DNA from: Gammaproteobacteria bacterium
GTDB taxonomy: Bacteria; Pseudomonadota; Gammaproteobacteria; UBA4575
Length of the DNA stretch: 64,000 bases
Assembly (NCBI GenBank): GCA_965222615.1
Contig: CBDCUI010000009.1
Location: forward strand, 416,001 to 480,000
Reading direction: 5' to 3'
Part shown: positions 51,377-60,017 of the stretch, in pieces
How the letters are laid out: every line of letters starts with the position of its first letter
How positions within the stretch are numbered: position 1 is the first letter of the stretch
Position numbers and translations under genes: made by a program
Notes under the pieces: model-generated
Seen by the model: only the letters and a program-made list of their open reading frames with translations
Told to the model about the DNA's origin: nothing
Database searches by the model: none

Positions 51377-52240
51377 TTAACTGCTTGCATGTTGTCGTTC
51401 AAATTGTACAGGTGTTAAGTAATTCAAGTAACTGTGTCTACGCTGTCGATTGTAAAAAATCTCTATATATTCAAAGATACTGCGTTTAGCTTGTTCGCGT
51501 GTTTTATACTGACAATGATGAGTCAGCTCTGTCTTTAGTGTATGAAAGAAACTCTCCATCGCTGCATTATCTAAACAATTGCCTTTACGGCTCATACTAC
51601 AAGTCATGCGATGGTCTTTCAGTAGTTGATGATATTCAGAGGTGCGATATTCCATGCCTTGATCCGAGTGAATCAGTAAGTCTCGTTTGCGTGAGCGTTG
51701 ACTTAAAGCCATCCTAAGCGCATCCAACGTTAAGTGTTTATTACGTTTGTCTGACATCGACCAACCAATGATTTTTCTAGAAAATAAATCCATAATCACT
51801 GCGACATATAACCAACCGGCCCGAGTGGGCACATAGGTGTAATCGGATACCCAGCGTTGATTCGTGTGTTGCGCAGAGAAGTCACGTTGCAATTGATTGG
51901 TTTCTATATGTTCAAACGTCTTACCTCGCTTGCTTCGCTCCCATAAACATTTCATGCGCGTCTTTAACCCGGCTTGCTTCATCAAGCGTGCCACACGATG
52001 TTTGCCACATGGAACACCTGAGGCGTTCAGCTCAGCATGAATTCTAGGATAACCGTATGTCTGTCTTGAAGATTGATGAATATCGATAATCAGCTTCAGC
52101 AATTGTCGATTGGCTTTAGTACGCGCACTCATCGGCCGATCTCGCCATGCATAGTAACCACTCTCAGAGACTTGCAGTGCACGACATATCCAAGCAATTG
52201 GATAATCATGGCGATGCTGATGAACCCACTCAAACTTCAT
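51377..52240 (-). CDS. IS3 transposase OrfB (DDE integrase core)
   Basis: WVSDYTY, HSDQG and DNAAMESFF motifs; in -1 frame relative to orfA and open back to the slippery site. Confidence 0.96.
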   Translation of the reverse strand: MKFEWVHQHRHDYPIAWICRALQVSESGYYAWRDRPMSARTKANRQLLKLIIDIHQSSRQTYGYPRIHAELNASGVPCGKHRVARLMKQAGLKTRMKCLWERSKRGKTFEHIETNQLQRDFSAQHTNQRWVSDYTYVPTRAGWLYVAVIMDLFSRKIIGWSMSDKRNKHLTLDALRMALSQRSRKRDLLIHSDQGMEYRTSEYHQLLKDHRMTCSMSRKGNCLDNAAMESFFHTLKTELTHHCQYKTREQAKRSIFEYIEIFYNRQRRHSYLNYLTPVQFERQHASS

Positions 52241-52533
52241 TCCGATAGCTTGGTGAAGTGGTGGGTCGCTTTTTTTAAAATCTCATTCTCTGCACGCAAA
52301 CGTTCGTTCTCTTTACGCAGTTTCGTTAATTGCGCAGCTTCACCACTTTGTTGACCTTTACCAGGAAAGGAATCTTCGCCTTTAATGGCCAATTGCTCTT
52401 TCCATTTGTATATTTGATTGACGCGAATACCAAGTTCACGCGCCACTTGAGTGACTGATTGGTCACTTTCTTCCGCTAATCGAATCGCTTCTAACTTAAA
52501 TTCTTTTGTGTATTGACGATATTGTCGTGGCAT
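52237..52533 (-). CDS. IS3 transposase OrfA (HTH)
   Basis: YTKEFKLEAIRL...VARELGI....YKWK, leucine zipper, ILKKA ending. Confidence 0.95.
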   Translation of the reverse strand: MPRQYRQYTKEFKLEAIRLAEESDQSVTQVARELGIRVNQIYKWKEQLAIKGEDSFPGKGQQSGEAAQLTKLRKENERLRAENEILKKATHHFTKLSE

Positions 52534-52752
52534 TGAGTTCTCCTTATCAGGGTAGTTTAACCCCTTTCAAGAACTCCATTAAACCGGGGGAAGATCAAAC
52601 ACTATTGATTAGTCCAGCTACAATATCGTTTGCACCAAGATCAACCGTATGCAAATCAAATAAGTTGATTGTTTGCGATTGCTAGTTAGAAGTGAAGCTC
52701 AAGGTGATTTTTGCCTGATTCATGTCTATTGGCGGGCTAATAGACATCAAGC

Positions 52753-52840
52753 AAAAAAAAGGCCGCCAAAATGAGGCGGCCGAATCCAGGAGGAGTCGAG
52801 AATAACAACATGTCAAATAGAGGATTATTCGCACCACGTT
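52753..52840 (-). repeat. Left copy of the sRNA-like direct repeat (putative att junction)
   Basis: 52774-52825 is identical to 56112-56163; same terminator stem with a different loop. Confidence 0.88.
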
Positions 52841-52995
52841 TTTAGGTTAATTTATGTACACCTGATTGTAATGAAATCAACAATTTAGTTACCTAGGTTT
52901 ACCTCTATTTACCCCTATTATTGCGACTGTTTGCGGCACGACTGCGGCAATTTTGAATTGAGCGGTAAACAAATTTACATTAAATTGTATGCAAA

Positions 52996-53631
52996 CTAGC
53001 CACTTTTTAGTAATTCTCGACAATCCTTATTATGTTTTTTTATCCCTAGTCGTTTACCAAGTCTATTAAAAAACACATTTTTACCAACAACATACATATC
53101 TAACAATTGCTCTGCACAACTCGCATGTTCACAAGACTTTAACAGACCATTATGTATTAAAGGTTTTTGCATGTTGATAGTTTGTTTTGGGATCAATCTA
53201 TTACCTGTTTTCATAAAGACTTCATCATGATTTACCATTTCTTCAACCATTTCAAAAATACCTCCATAAGTAGTTTTGAAAAGAGTTAAATGTGCGCTAA
53301 GTTGATCATCTACAGGCATAATTTTTGACATTGATGCTTCAAATAATGGCGAGAGTTTATGTCTTGCTCTCTTCAATCGATCAGTGACATGTGATGGGTG
53401 CTGTTCTTCACCTAAATTTTCACGTTCTATATGTTCTAAAATTGCATCTTTCATTGCAATCACTGAAGTCAAATCTGCTATTAACAACATAGCCGCTGAC
53501 CTTTCTTCACGACGTCGAGCATCATAAGCAACCAGTAATGCAGCGAAAAGACCAATTAAGCCGCCAAGCATTGCACCAATTAGCGTCTGCCAAGTGTAAA
53601 GGAAACCTATAACATTATTTAAAATTTCCAC
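52996..53631 (-). CDS. Hypothetical protein with an N-terminal TM segment (island cargo)
   Basis: 211 aa ORF; WQTLIGAMLGG TM motif. Confidence 0.7.
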   Translation of the reverse strand: MEILNNVIGFLYTWQTLIGAMLGGLIGLFAALLVAYDARRREERSAAMLLIADLTSVIAMKDAILEHIERENLGEEQHPSHVTDRLKRARHKLSPLFEASMSKIMPVDDQLSAHLTLFKTTYGGIFEMVEEMVNHDEVFMKTGNRLIPKQTINMQKPLIHNGLLKSCEHASCAEQLLDMYVVGKNVFFNRLGKRLGIKKHNKDCRELLKSG

Positions 53632-53703
53632 TTTGCTAAGTATGAGCCCCCAATGCTTTTTGGAGTTATGTAAAAGATTACTTTATGAATTAACTTTTAT
53701 ATT

Positions 53704-54036
53704 TTATTCTGAATTGCCTTCAACAATTTTTATAGATTTCGCCTCTACTAACAACTTCCTTATTTCTTCCGTAGAGTAGCCTTTAGCATGAATATAATTA
53801 TTATCATTCATACAAATAATAATCTCTCTAGATGTTTTTGCATTAATCCATGTTTTTATTACGTTCGCTAACTGAGTCCATGGCATCGCATTAGATATTC
53901 CTTCAATCACTTCAACGATAATCCCAGAATCTTCAGGCTCATGCGCCCTTGTCATATGCATCGTGCACTTAATATCCGCATCACTCAACGCAGCAGTGAA
54001 TGATTTGAAGCTAGCTTTATTTAATATTGCTTTCAA
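53704..54036 (-). CDS. Hypothetical protein (island cargo)
   Basis: 110 aa; ATGA overlap with the upstream gene. Confidence 0.7.
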   Translation of the reverse strand: MKAILNKASFKSFTAALSDADIKCTMHMTRAHEPEDSGIIVEVIEGISNAMPWTQLANVIKTWINAKTSREIIICMNDNNYIHAKGYSTEEIRKLLVEAKSIKIVEGNSE

Positions 54037-54911
54037 AATAGTTTATAAATTAGATCATATAGCAATACAAAAAATGGAGAACCAAGAAATGCGCATACAG
54101 CTGCCCTAATTTTAAAACTTCTTGCTCCTTCAAACTCAACTACTGGGAATAACCATCTAGTAATAGCAAAAAATATACGAAAAAAAAGCAAAGATAGTAA
54201 AACAAAATAAATTAAAATCGCCCCTAATAGAGCAACATGAATATTTTCAAATTTATCTTGCAAGAAAAAACTTATGCGATATGCAGCCCAAAGAGATAAT
54301 GGCATTGCAAAAAACCAATTATAAATATTGAAGGTAAATACGTTATGCAGCCAAGCCCTAATTGTTTTCTTGCTTTTGAAAAATCTTTCAACAGTCTCGG
54401 ATACACCAGAAACCCAAGTTGTGTTTGGACCAGATACTTCTAAATAACTATTATTTGGTGTGGGTTTCTCCCAAGGGTTATATTCGTTAAATCCAGGTGG
54501 CTCGGCAAAATCTAAGTTAAGCAAAAACCTATTTGGAAGCGCAACGTTAACACCTTTGAGCCCAGCTGCACTATTGAATGAAATAGATGTAATTTTTTCA
54601 GGAAGACTATCTTTGGATAATACATCTATACTACTACTTACTATTTGTTCGCCATTACTACCAATAATAACTATAGTTAAACCACCAATTCTTCTTGCTT
54701 CTTCTTTAAGGTTTTCTATGTGAACTGGATCTTCTCCTTGCCGAGGTTGAACTGTGTCCAAGTATGCTTCTAATGCCTCAGATGTATTTCTATTTAAATC
54801 AACATATAGTTTTCTTAATTCTTCAATATTCAATTTGCATGGATGTAATTTATCATTACGATATGAACCACGATAATCAATTGACGGTAATGGTTGAACA
54901 TTAGTGTTCAT
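54033..54911 (-). CDS. Hypothetical protein with three C-terminal TM segments (island cargo)
   Basis: 292 aa; soluble N-domain plus hydrophobic C-terminus; ATGA overlaps at both ends. Confidence 0.75.
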   Translation of the reverse strand: MNTNVQPLPSIDYRGSYRNDKLHPCKLNIEELRKLYVDLNRNTSEALEAYLDTVQPRQGEDPVHIENLKEEARRIGGLTIVIIGSNGEQIVSSSIDVLSKDSLPEKITSISFNSAAGLKGVNVALPNRFLLNLDFAEPPGFNEYNPWEKPTPNNSYLEVSGPNTTWVSGVSETVERFFKSKKTIRAWLHNVFTFNIYNWFFAMPLSLWAAYRISFFLQDKFENIHVALLGAILIYFVLLSLLFFRIFFAITRWLFPVVEFEGARSFKIRAAVCAFLGSPFFVLLYDLIYKLF

Positions 54912-55117
54912 TCTATTAAACCTTTAAATGGTAATTGCGCTGATCGTTGCGCTGCTTTCAATCTTTTAATTCTAATGTTAGCTTCATTAAGCTGACCTCT
55001 AATCTTTGGCATCTCATATAGATAGTAATTATGGTATGCCTCAAGGTAGCGTTGTTTCATACGCTCGCATTGTTCCAACTTTTGTTCGCACTCAGTTCTT
55101 TTGGGGTCGTATGTCAT
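54908..55117 (-). CDS. Small coiled-coil hypothetical protein
   Basis: 69 aa; ATGA-coupled to the next gene. Confidence 0.55.
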   Translation of the reverse strand: MTYDPKRTECEQKLEQCERMKQRYLEAYHNYYLYEMPKIRGQLNEANIRIKRLKAAQRSAQLPFKGLIE

Positions 55118-55166
55118 ATTAATTACGTTTTATTTATTGAACTCAAATACTTAACTTATATTATAT

Positions 55167-55595
55167 TTATTTACATGTGGTTGTATTACCAATAGTGGTA
55201 CACGTAACAGATTGTGGCGGTGCATAAATAGAATTCCAGAGTGCAGTTTTTTGTAATTGTGCTACTTCCCTTGAGCTCTGCATATTTTTAAGCTCAACAT
55301 ACAATTGTGACATGAGTAAACGTGCTTCTTGTTCAGTACGCGTACCAGCGCTGACTTGAGTGGCCAAATAGTCTGCCGTATTTAAATAAAGTTCAACCAA
55401 GTCTCTTTGATTTCCTTTGCTACGTGGATCAGCACTTGATTTCTCTCTCCAGCATTTAACCTCAGCTTCAAATGAATTGTGTAATTCTGCACATTGATCT
55501 TGATAATCAAGCATAGTCCCACATCCTGCTATACACATTACAGTAAGTATTGTTAAAAATTTGTAACTCATACTTGCCTCCTTCGTCTCAAACAT
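55167..55595 (-). CDS. Putative lipoprotein (likely start at MSYKF)
   Basis: IAGC lipobox, GGAGG RBS before MSYKF, C-terminal TCTTIGNTTTCK. Confidence 0.75.
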   Translation of the reverse strand: MFETKEASMSYKFLTILTVMCIAGCGTMLDYQDQCAELHNSFEAEVKCWREKSSADPRSKGNQRDLVELYLNTADYLATQVSAGTRTEQEARLLMSQLYVELKNMQSSREVAQLQKTALWNSIYAPPQSVTCTTIGNTTTCK

Positions 55596-55603
55596 GTAAG
55601 TGT

Positions 55604-55963
55604 TTACATTTCTTTAACCAACTCAATCCAATCATCATTTGCTGGTTGCATCATATAATCAATCTCATCTCGATCATCTGACTCAAACCAATTATTGAAT
55701 TCTTCTTTATCTAAAATTACCGGCATTCGATGATGTATTTTTGACATCTTTTTATTTGGTGCTGTAGTTAAGATGCTCATAAGCATTTCCCCATCTGCGT
55801 TTATTTCGTAGAGTCCCCCAAAAGCAAAGCCGTCATCAAAAGCAGGACCAATTCTGTACCTATCTCGCTTACCCTTTGGTCGGTTTTCATCCCACTCAAA
55901 GAAAGCACTTGCTGGCACAATACACCTTCGTTCACGTAAAGCTTTTGACCAAGCTCTCTTTTC
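55604..55963 (-). pseudogene. 5'-truncated SOS response-associated peptidase (SRAP/YedK)
   Basis: RRCIVPASAFFEW, ILTT.PN..M..IHHRMPVIL motifs; frame closed upstream near 55964, N-terminal half with catalytic Cys2 absent. Confidence 0.85.
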
Positions 55964-56091
55964 TCACGCATCGCTTCCCATGCTTTAAATAATCGCTATA
56001 AGCATTGTTTTAGCGAAACTTAAACTGGTTAAAAACTAACCTCGAATATTTTGAAATTTAGAAGGTAGTTAAATTGGCGCTATTAAAAGCC

Positions 56092-56188
56092 AAAAAAAAG
56101 GCCGCCAACACAGGCGGCCGAATCCAGGAGGAGTCGAGAATAACAACATGTCAAATAGAGGATATTTGTATCATGTTGAGAGGCTCAC
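56092..56188 (-). ncRNA. Candidate sigma54-dependent small RNA (about 97 nt) with anti-SD motifs
   Basis: Promoter at 56198-56214; hairpin CAACAUG..CAAAUA-UCCUC-UAUUUG.CAUGUUG; unpaired GACUCCUCCU; GGCCGCC terminator with U8. Confidence 0.7.
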
Positions 56189-56197
56189 TCTATTTAA

Positions 56198-56320
56198 AGC
56201 ACATTTAATGCCAAATAAACAAAATTAAAGGAATTCAACAACTTAATTGATTTTATCAGCTACTGTGCATAGACAATTTAGATAAATTTCGACAATTTTT
56301 GGCACATTTGTGACAATTTG
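56198..56320 (-). promoter_or_regulatory. Sigma54 -24/-12 promoter with IHF-like site and upstream repeats
   Basis: TTGGCATTAAATGTGCT with exact GG-N10-GC spacing; ATTCAACAACTTA at 56233-45; GACAATTT three times at 56272, 56291 and 56312. Confidence 0.65.
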
Positions 56321-56564
56321 TTGTAGTTAAGTTATCCAAATAGCTTAATTCACTAGAGTTTTTCCTAATTTCAGTTTTAATACCTAGAAAAGAATTGATC
56401 AAAAATTGATCGATATAAGGCATTTTCTTTGTCTGCACCGCAAACTGGCACCATTTCTATTTATACTGGTTCATTGACCTCAAGCTTCTACCTTGCGTAC
56501 ATGACCTACCAGAGACGAGAGTCATCATGTTCGAAAAATTAGAAACTATAAAAATAAACTAATA

Positions 56565-57665
56565 ATGATCGAATCTGTATACCAATCACTTATAGACAGC
56601 AAGAACCTGGTAGAAGACCCTAATCAACGAAAAGTCATTCAAGCATTACAAACACTGCATGATGAACTAAGCACTGATAATCCCGATGACTCCACCATAA
56701 TTGATCGCTTTACGACATTCCTATCGCGAAAATCTAATACCCGAAGTGTTAAAGGACTTTATATCTGGGGAGGCGTGGGACGAGGAAAAACATTTTTGAT
56801 GGATATGTTTTTCTCTAACTTACATTTCCAGGACAAACTTCGCCTGCATTTTCATCGTTTTATGGATCAAGCACATCAAATGCTAAAAAATTATCATGAT
56901 GAGCCAGATCCACTAAAACTTGTAGCTAAAGAGTTTTCTGACAAAGCAAAAGTGTTATGTTTTGACGAATTTTTTGTAAACGACATTGGTGACGCCATGA
57001 TTTTGGCAGGCCTGCTTGATGGTTTATTTGAAAACAATGTAGCGTTAATCGCGACTTCTAATGTTGAGCCTGAATTACTTTATAAAGATGGCTTACAACG
57101 TGAACGATTTTTACCAACGATTAAATTATTACAAGAGCACACGAATGTTATTCATCTAGATGGTGAAATTGATCACCGTTTTGAGTTTTTACAAACCAAT
57201 GATGTGTATAACTCACCCATTGACGACTCTTCACACAACTGGCTCGTACATAATTATTTGAATCTTGCAAATGAACGAGTTGAATCCTCTTGGGAGAAAA
57301 TAAAAATTAATGATCGAGAAATACAAACTTTGCAGCACACAGATACCGTAGCCTGGTTCGACTTTAAGGAAATTTGTGATGGTCCACGCTCTGTGGCTGA
57401 CTATATTGCCATAGCCAAACAATTCAATACCGTTTTAATTTCACATGTGCCTATATTTGATGGAAAAGACGACCAGGCTAGAAGATTTATTAATATGGTG
57501 GATGAGCTCTATGACCGAAATGTAAAACTCATTTTGTCAGCCGAAGCTTCTCCAGATAAACTATATACTGGCTCACGCTTAAAAGATGAATTTGCTCGAA
57601 CTACGAGCCGATTGACAGAAATGCAATCGCATGAATATTTAGAAAAACAACATCGGCCAAATTAA
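56565..57665 (+). CDS. zapE: AFG1-family ATPase ZapE
   Basis: GLYIWGGVGRGKT, HFHRFM, CFDEFFV and RRFINMVDELYD motifs. Confidence 0.95.
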   Translation: MIESVYQSLIDSKNLVEDPNQRKVIQALQTLHDELSTDNPDDSTIIDRFTTFLSRKSNTRSVKGLYIWGGVGRGKTFLMDMFFSNLHFQDKLRLHFHRFMDQAHQMLKNYHDEPDPLKLVAKEFSDKAKVLCFDEFFVNDIGDAMILAGLLDGLFENNVALIATSNVEPELLYKDGLQRERFLPTIKLLQEHTNVIHLDGEIDHRFEFLQTNDVYNSPIDDSSHNWLVHNYLNLANERVESSWEKIKINDREIQTLQHTDTVAWFDFKEICDGPRSVADYIAIAKQFNTVLISHVPIFDGKDDQARRFINMVDELYDRNVKLILSAEASPDKLYTGSRLKDEFARTTSRLTEMQSHEYLEKQHRPN

Positions 57666-57701
57666 AATATAAAAAAATTCTAATCTTAAAAGGAGTAAAA
57701 A

Positions 57702-58673
57702 ATGAAATCAGCAAAACGGGTGGCCATTACCGGAGCCGCAGGAAATATAGGCTATGCAGCTGCATTTAGAGTTGCTGCAGGTAATATGCTGGGTACAGAT
57801 CAACCCGTAATTTTACAACTCATCGAGATTCCACCTGTGCTAGATGCTTTAAAAGGGGTAGAAATGGAATTACGAGATTGCGCATTTCCTTTATTAGAAG
57901 ACATCATTTGTACGGCTGATGCAAATGAAGGATTTGGTGATGTGGATTATGTTTTATCCATTGGCTCTAAACCCAGAACAAAGGGTATGGAACGTGCTGA
58001 TTTATTAAGCGAAAACGGAAAGATTTTTGGACCTCAAGGTAAAGCAATTAGCGATAACGCATCTAAAGATGTAAAAGTTTTAGTCGTGGGCAATCCTGCT
58101 AACACTAATGCATTAATCGCATGTAATAATGCAGCTGATTTAGATCCATCACAATTTACCTCCATGATGCGTCTCGATCACAACCGCGCTATCAGTCAAC
58201 TTGCTTCCAAGACTGGTGCACCGGTAACTCAAATTAAACAAATGGTAGTCTGGGGAAATCATTCACTCACTCAATATCCTGATATCAGTCACTGCACGGT
58301 AGACGGTAAAGATGCCAAATCTTTAGTAGATGACGATTGGTATAAAAATGAGTTCATGCCAAAAGTGCAAAAACGTGGTGCTGAGATTATTAATGCACGC
58401 GGTGCATCGTCTGCGGCTTCTGCAGCCTCTGCTGCAATTGATCACATGCGTGATTGGGTACAAGGCACAAATGACTGGGTCAGCATGGGAATGATTTCCA
58501 AAGGTGATTACGGAATTACTGAAGGGCTAATGTATTCCTTTCCTGTGCTATGCAAAAACGGCAACTTTGAAGTCGTGCAAGGATTAGAACAAGACGATTT
58601 CAGTATAGAGATGATGAAGGCAACAGAGAAGGAATTACTCGAAGAACGCGATGCAGTAAAAGACTTACTTTAA
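57702..58673 (+). CDS. mdh: Malate dehydrogenase
   Basis: [33 protein letters not shown] and [10 protein letters not shown] motifs. Confidence 0.97.
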   Translation: MKSAKRVAITGAAGNIGYAAAFRVAAGNMLGTDQPVILQLIEIPPVLDALKGVEMELRDCAFPLLEDIICTADANEGFGDVDYVLSIGSKPRTKGMERADLLSENGKIFGPQGKAISDNASKDVKVLVVGNPANTNALIACNNAADLDPSQFTSMMRLDHNRAISQLASKTGAPVTQIKQMVVWGNHSLTQYPDISHCTVDGKDAKSLVDDDWYKNEFMPKVQKRGAEIINARGASSAASAASAAIDHMRDWVQGTNDWVSMGMISKGDYGITEGLMYSFPVLCKNGNFEVVQGLEQDDFSIEMMKATEKELLEERDAVKDLL

Positions 58674-58692
58674 TTACAAGATATAAGCTAAA

Positions 58693-58983
58693 TTATGCTG
58701 CAAGTGCTTTCAAAACATTTTTATGATCTTTATCTATTACGCGCAGGTAATTAGTCGCAGCAGCATCTGGGCTTCGTTTCCCTTGCTCCCATCCTTTAAC
58801 AGTATCAAGCTTTAACTAAAATTCACGAGCAAACTTTGCTTGTGACATTTTCAATTTTAAACGAATTGCTTTTATATCTGCGGGTGACAACACAAGATAT
58901 TCAGTAGCTGACGCCTCACCTTTTGCATAGCGTACGGCTTTACCTAAATTTGATTCAAGTTCATTAAAAAGTTTGTCGTTCAT
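58693..58983 (-). pseudogene. XRE/HigA-2-type antitoxin with an internal amber codon
   Basis: Hand translation MNDKLFNELESNL...DIKAIRLKLKMSQAKFAREF*LKLDTVKGWEQGKRSPDAAA...LAA; TAG at 58816-18. Confidence 0.85.
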
Positions 58984-59022
58984 TAATTAGACCTGTTAGA
59001 CCTGTTTTTTTCATTACTTAAC

Positions 59023-59400
59023 TCACACTGCTAAGTCGTATGGTTGTAGCAAAACATCTGCAGGTAAACCAAACTTATTTAACTTTTGCAGACCCTCTAA
59101 TGGTATTCTACGTTTACGATTCCGATATTCCCACACTCTGTTATACTCACAACCCAATATATCTTCGAGCTTCTTTAACGTAAGAATGCCGTTATCTATG
59201 AGATGTTCAATCAAATCTATTGCATCTACAGCTTCAATTTTGTGATGTTTATCTTCGTATTCAGCAATTTGTAATGCCAATACATCAAGCAAAGTAGCCT
59301 CTACGGTTCCCTCTTCTGCATCAATAACTTTATCCAACAATGAAGTTGCATATTCATAATCAGCTTCGTTCTTAATTGGCCTTAAAACATTTAGATCCAT
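59023..59400 (-). CDS. higA: HigA-type antitoxin (HTH)
   Basis: RPIKNEADYE.A...IAEYEDKH N-domain and C-terminal HTH; follows the toxin gene. Confidence 0.85.
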   Translation of the reverse strand: MDLNVLRPIKNEADYEYATSLLDKVIDAEEGTVEATLLDVLALQIAEYEDKHHKIEAVDAIDLIEHLIDNGILTLKKLEDILGCEYNRVWEYRNRKRRIPLEGLQKLNKFGLPADVLLQPYDLAV

Positions 59401-59403
59401 AAC

Positions 59404-59700
59404 TTATACCTTACTTGCATCACTTAATCGATCATATTGTTTATGGGTACCGATAAATCTTATATAGACTCTATATTTCTCAAAATCAATTTTCACAATT
59501 AGCCTGTATTTATTTCCACCTATATCAAAACAATATCTATCATTTCCAAGTATGCTCATGGATGGGTATATTGCCTTCACTTCATTTGGATTATTCCAGC
59601 TTGAAGTGTCTGCAAATGTGTACCAAACCCTTAGAGGCTTCTCAGCATCTGGGTAAATTTCCCAAAAGTCACTTAAACGCTTTCTAGATATCACCCACAT
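59404..59700 (-). CDS. higB: HigB toxin (mRNA interferase); start revised to 59700
   Basis: MWVISRKRL..FW...PDA..PL..W, FDIGGNKYRLI, IRFIGTHKQYD motifs. Confidence 0.93.
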   Translation of the reverse strand: MWVISRKRLSDFWEIYPDAEKPLRVWYTFADTSSWNNPNEVKAIYPSMSILGNDRYCFDIGGNKYRLIVKIDFEKYRVYIRFIGTHKQYDRLSDASKV

Positions 59701-59711
59701 GTGCTGATGTA

Positions 59712-59740
59712 ATAATATTCCCATTTTGGGAATATGTCAA
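59712..59740 (-). promoter_or_regulatory. higBA promoter with palindromic operator
   Basis: TTGACA, 17 nt spacer, TATTAT on the minus strand; ATATTCCCA-TTT-TGGGAATAT palindrome at 59715-35. Confidence 0.8.
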
Positions 59741-59819
59741 TGTATGCAACATAACCCATTGATTTTAATTATAATAAATAGTGAAATTAGCTAAATTTGT
59801 ATTTTTAGCAGCGCAAATT

Positions 59820-60017
59820 GTCAGCATGAGAATGATTTCTAAAGGTGATTACGGGATCACTGAAGGGTTAATGTATTCATTCCCTGTGATCTGCAAAAAC
59901 GGCAACTATGAAGTCGTGCAAGGATTAGAACAAGACGATTTCAACATAGAGATGATGATGAAAACAACCGAAAAAGAATTACTCGAAGAGCGCGATGCTG
60001 TAAAAGATTTGCTCTAA
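59820..60017 (+). pseudogene. Duplicate of the mdh 3' end (65 codons)
   Basis: Aligns with 58479-58673; differences mostly synonymous. Confidence 0.93.

Larger units (their letters stand above)
51330..52597 (-). mobile_element. Complete IS3-family insertion sequence, 1268 bp
   Basis: Imperfect IRs TGATCATACCCTGGTTTGGTGGAGTCC / TGATCTTCCCCCGGTTTAATGGAGTTC (21/27); AAC target duplication at 51327-29 and 52598-600; orfA/orfB with an A7G slippery site. Confidence 0.96.
52826..56091. mobile_element. Integrase-less genomic island or prophage remnant
   Basis: Bounded by the direct repeat; AT-rich hypotheticals, phage-like lipoprotein, truncated SRAP; IHF consensus AATCAACAATTTA at 52875-87 and short phased repeats. 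Confidence 0.65.

Noticed and set aside
52788-52845. Plus-strand AGGAGG...ATG mini-ORF within the direct repeat
   Set aside because: SD-to-ATG spacing is 14 nt or more, the two copies diverge in frame after five codons, and terminator polarity and G-U-compatible changes favour a minus-strand RNA.
56256-56438. 60 aa minus-strand ORF upstream of the sRNA
   Set aside because: No RBS or family resemblance; it overlies the putative regulatory repeats.
58816-58818. In-frame TAG as pyrrolysine or stop-codon recoding
   Set aside because: TAG is a normal stop elsewhere in the window (for example hpt, ccmA and the DMT gene); a nonsense mutation is simpler.
59781-60017. 78 aa ORF as an independent gene
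   Set aside because: It is the duplicated mdh 3' end with a short unrelated N-terminus and no clear RBS.
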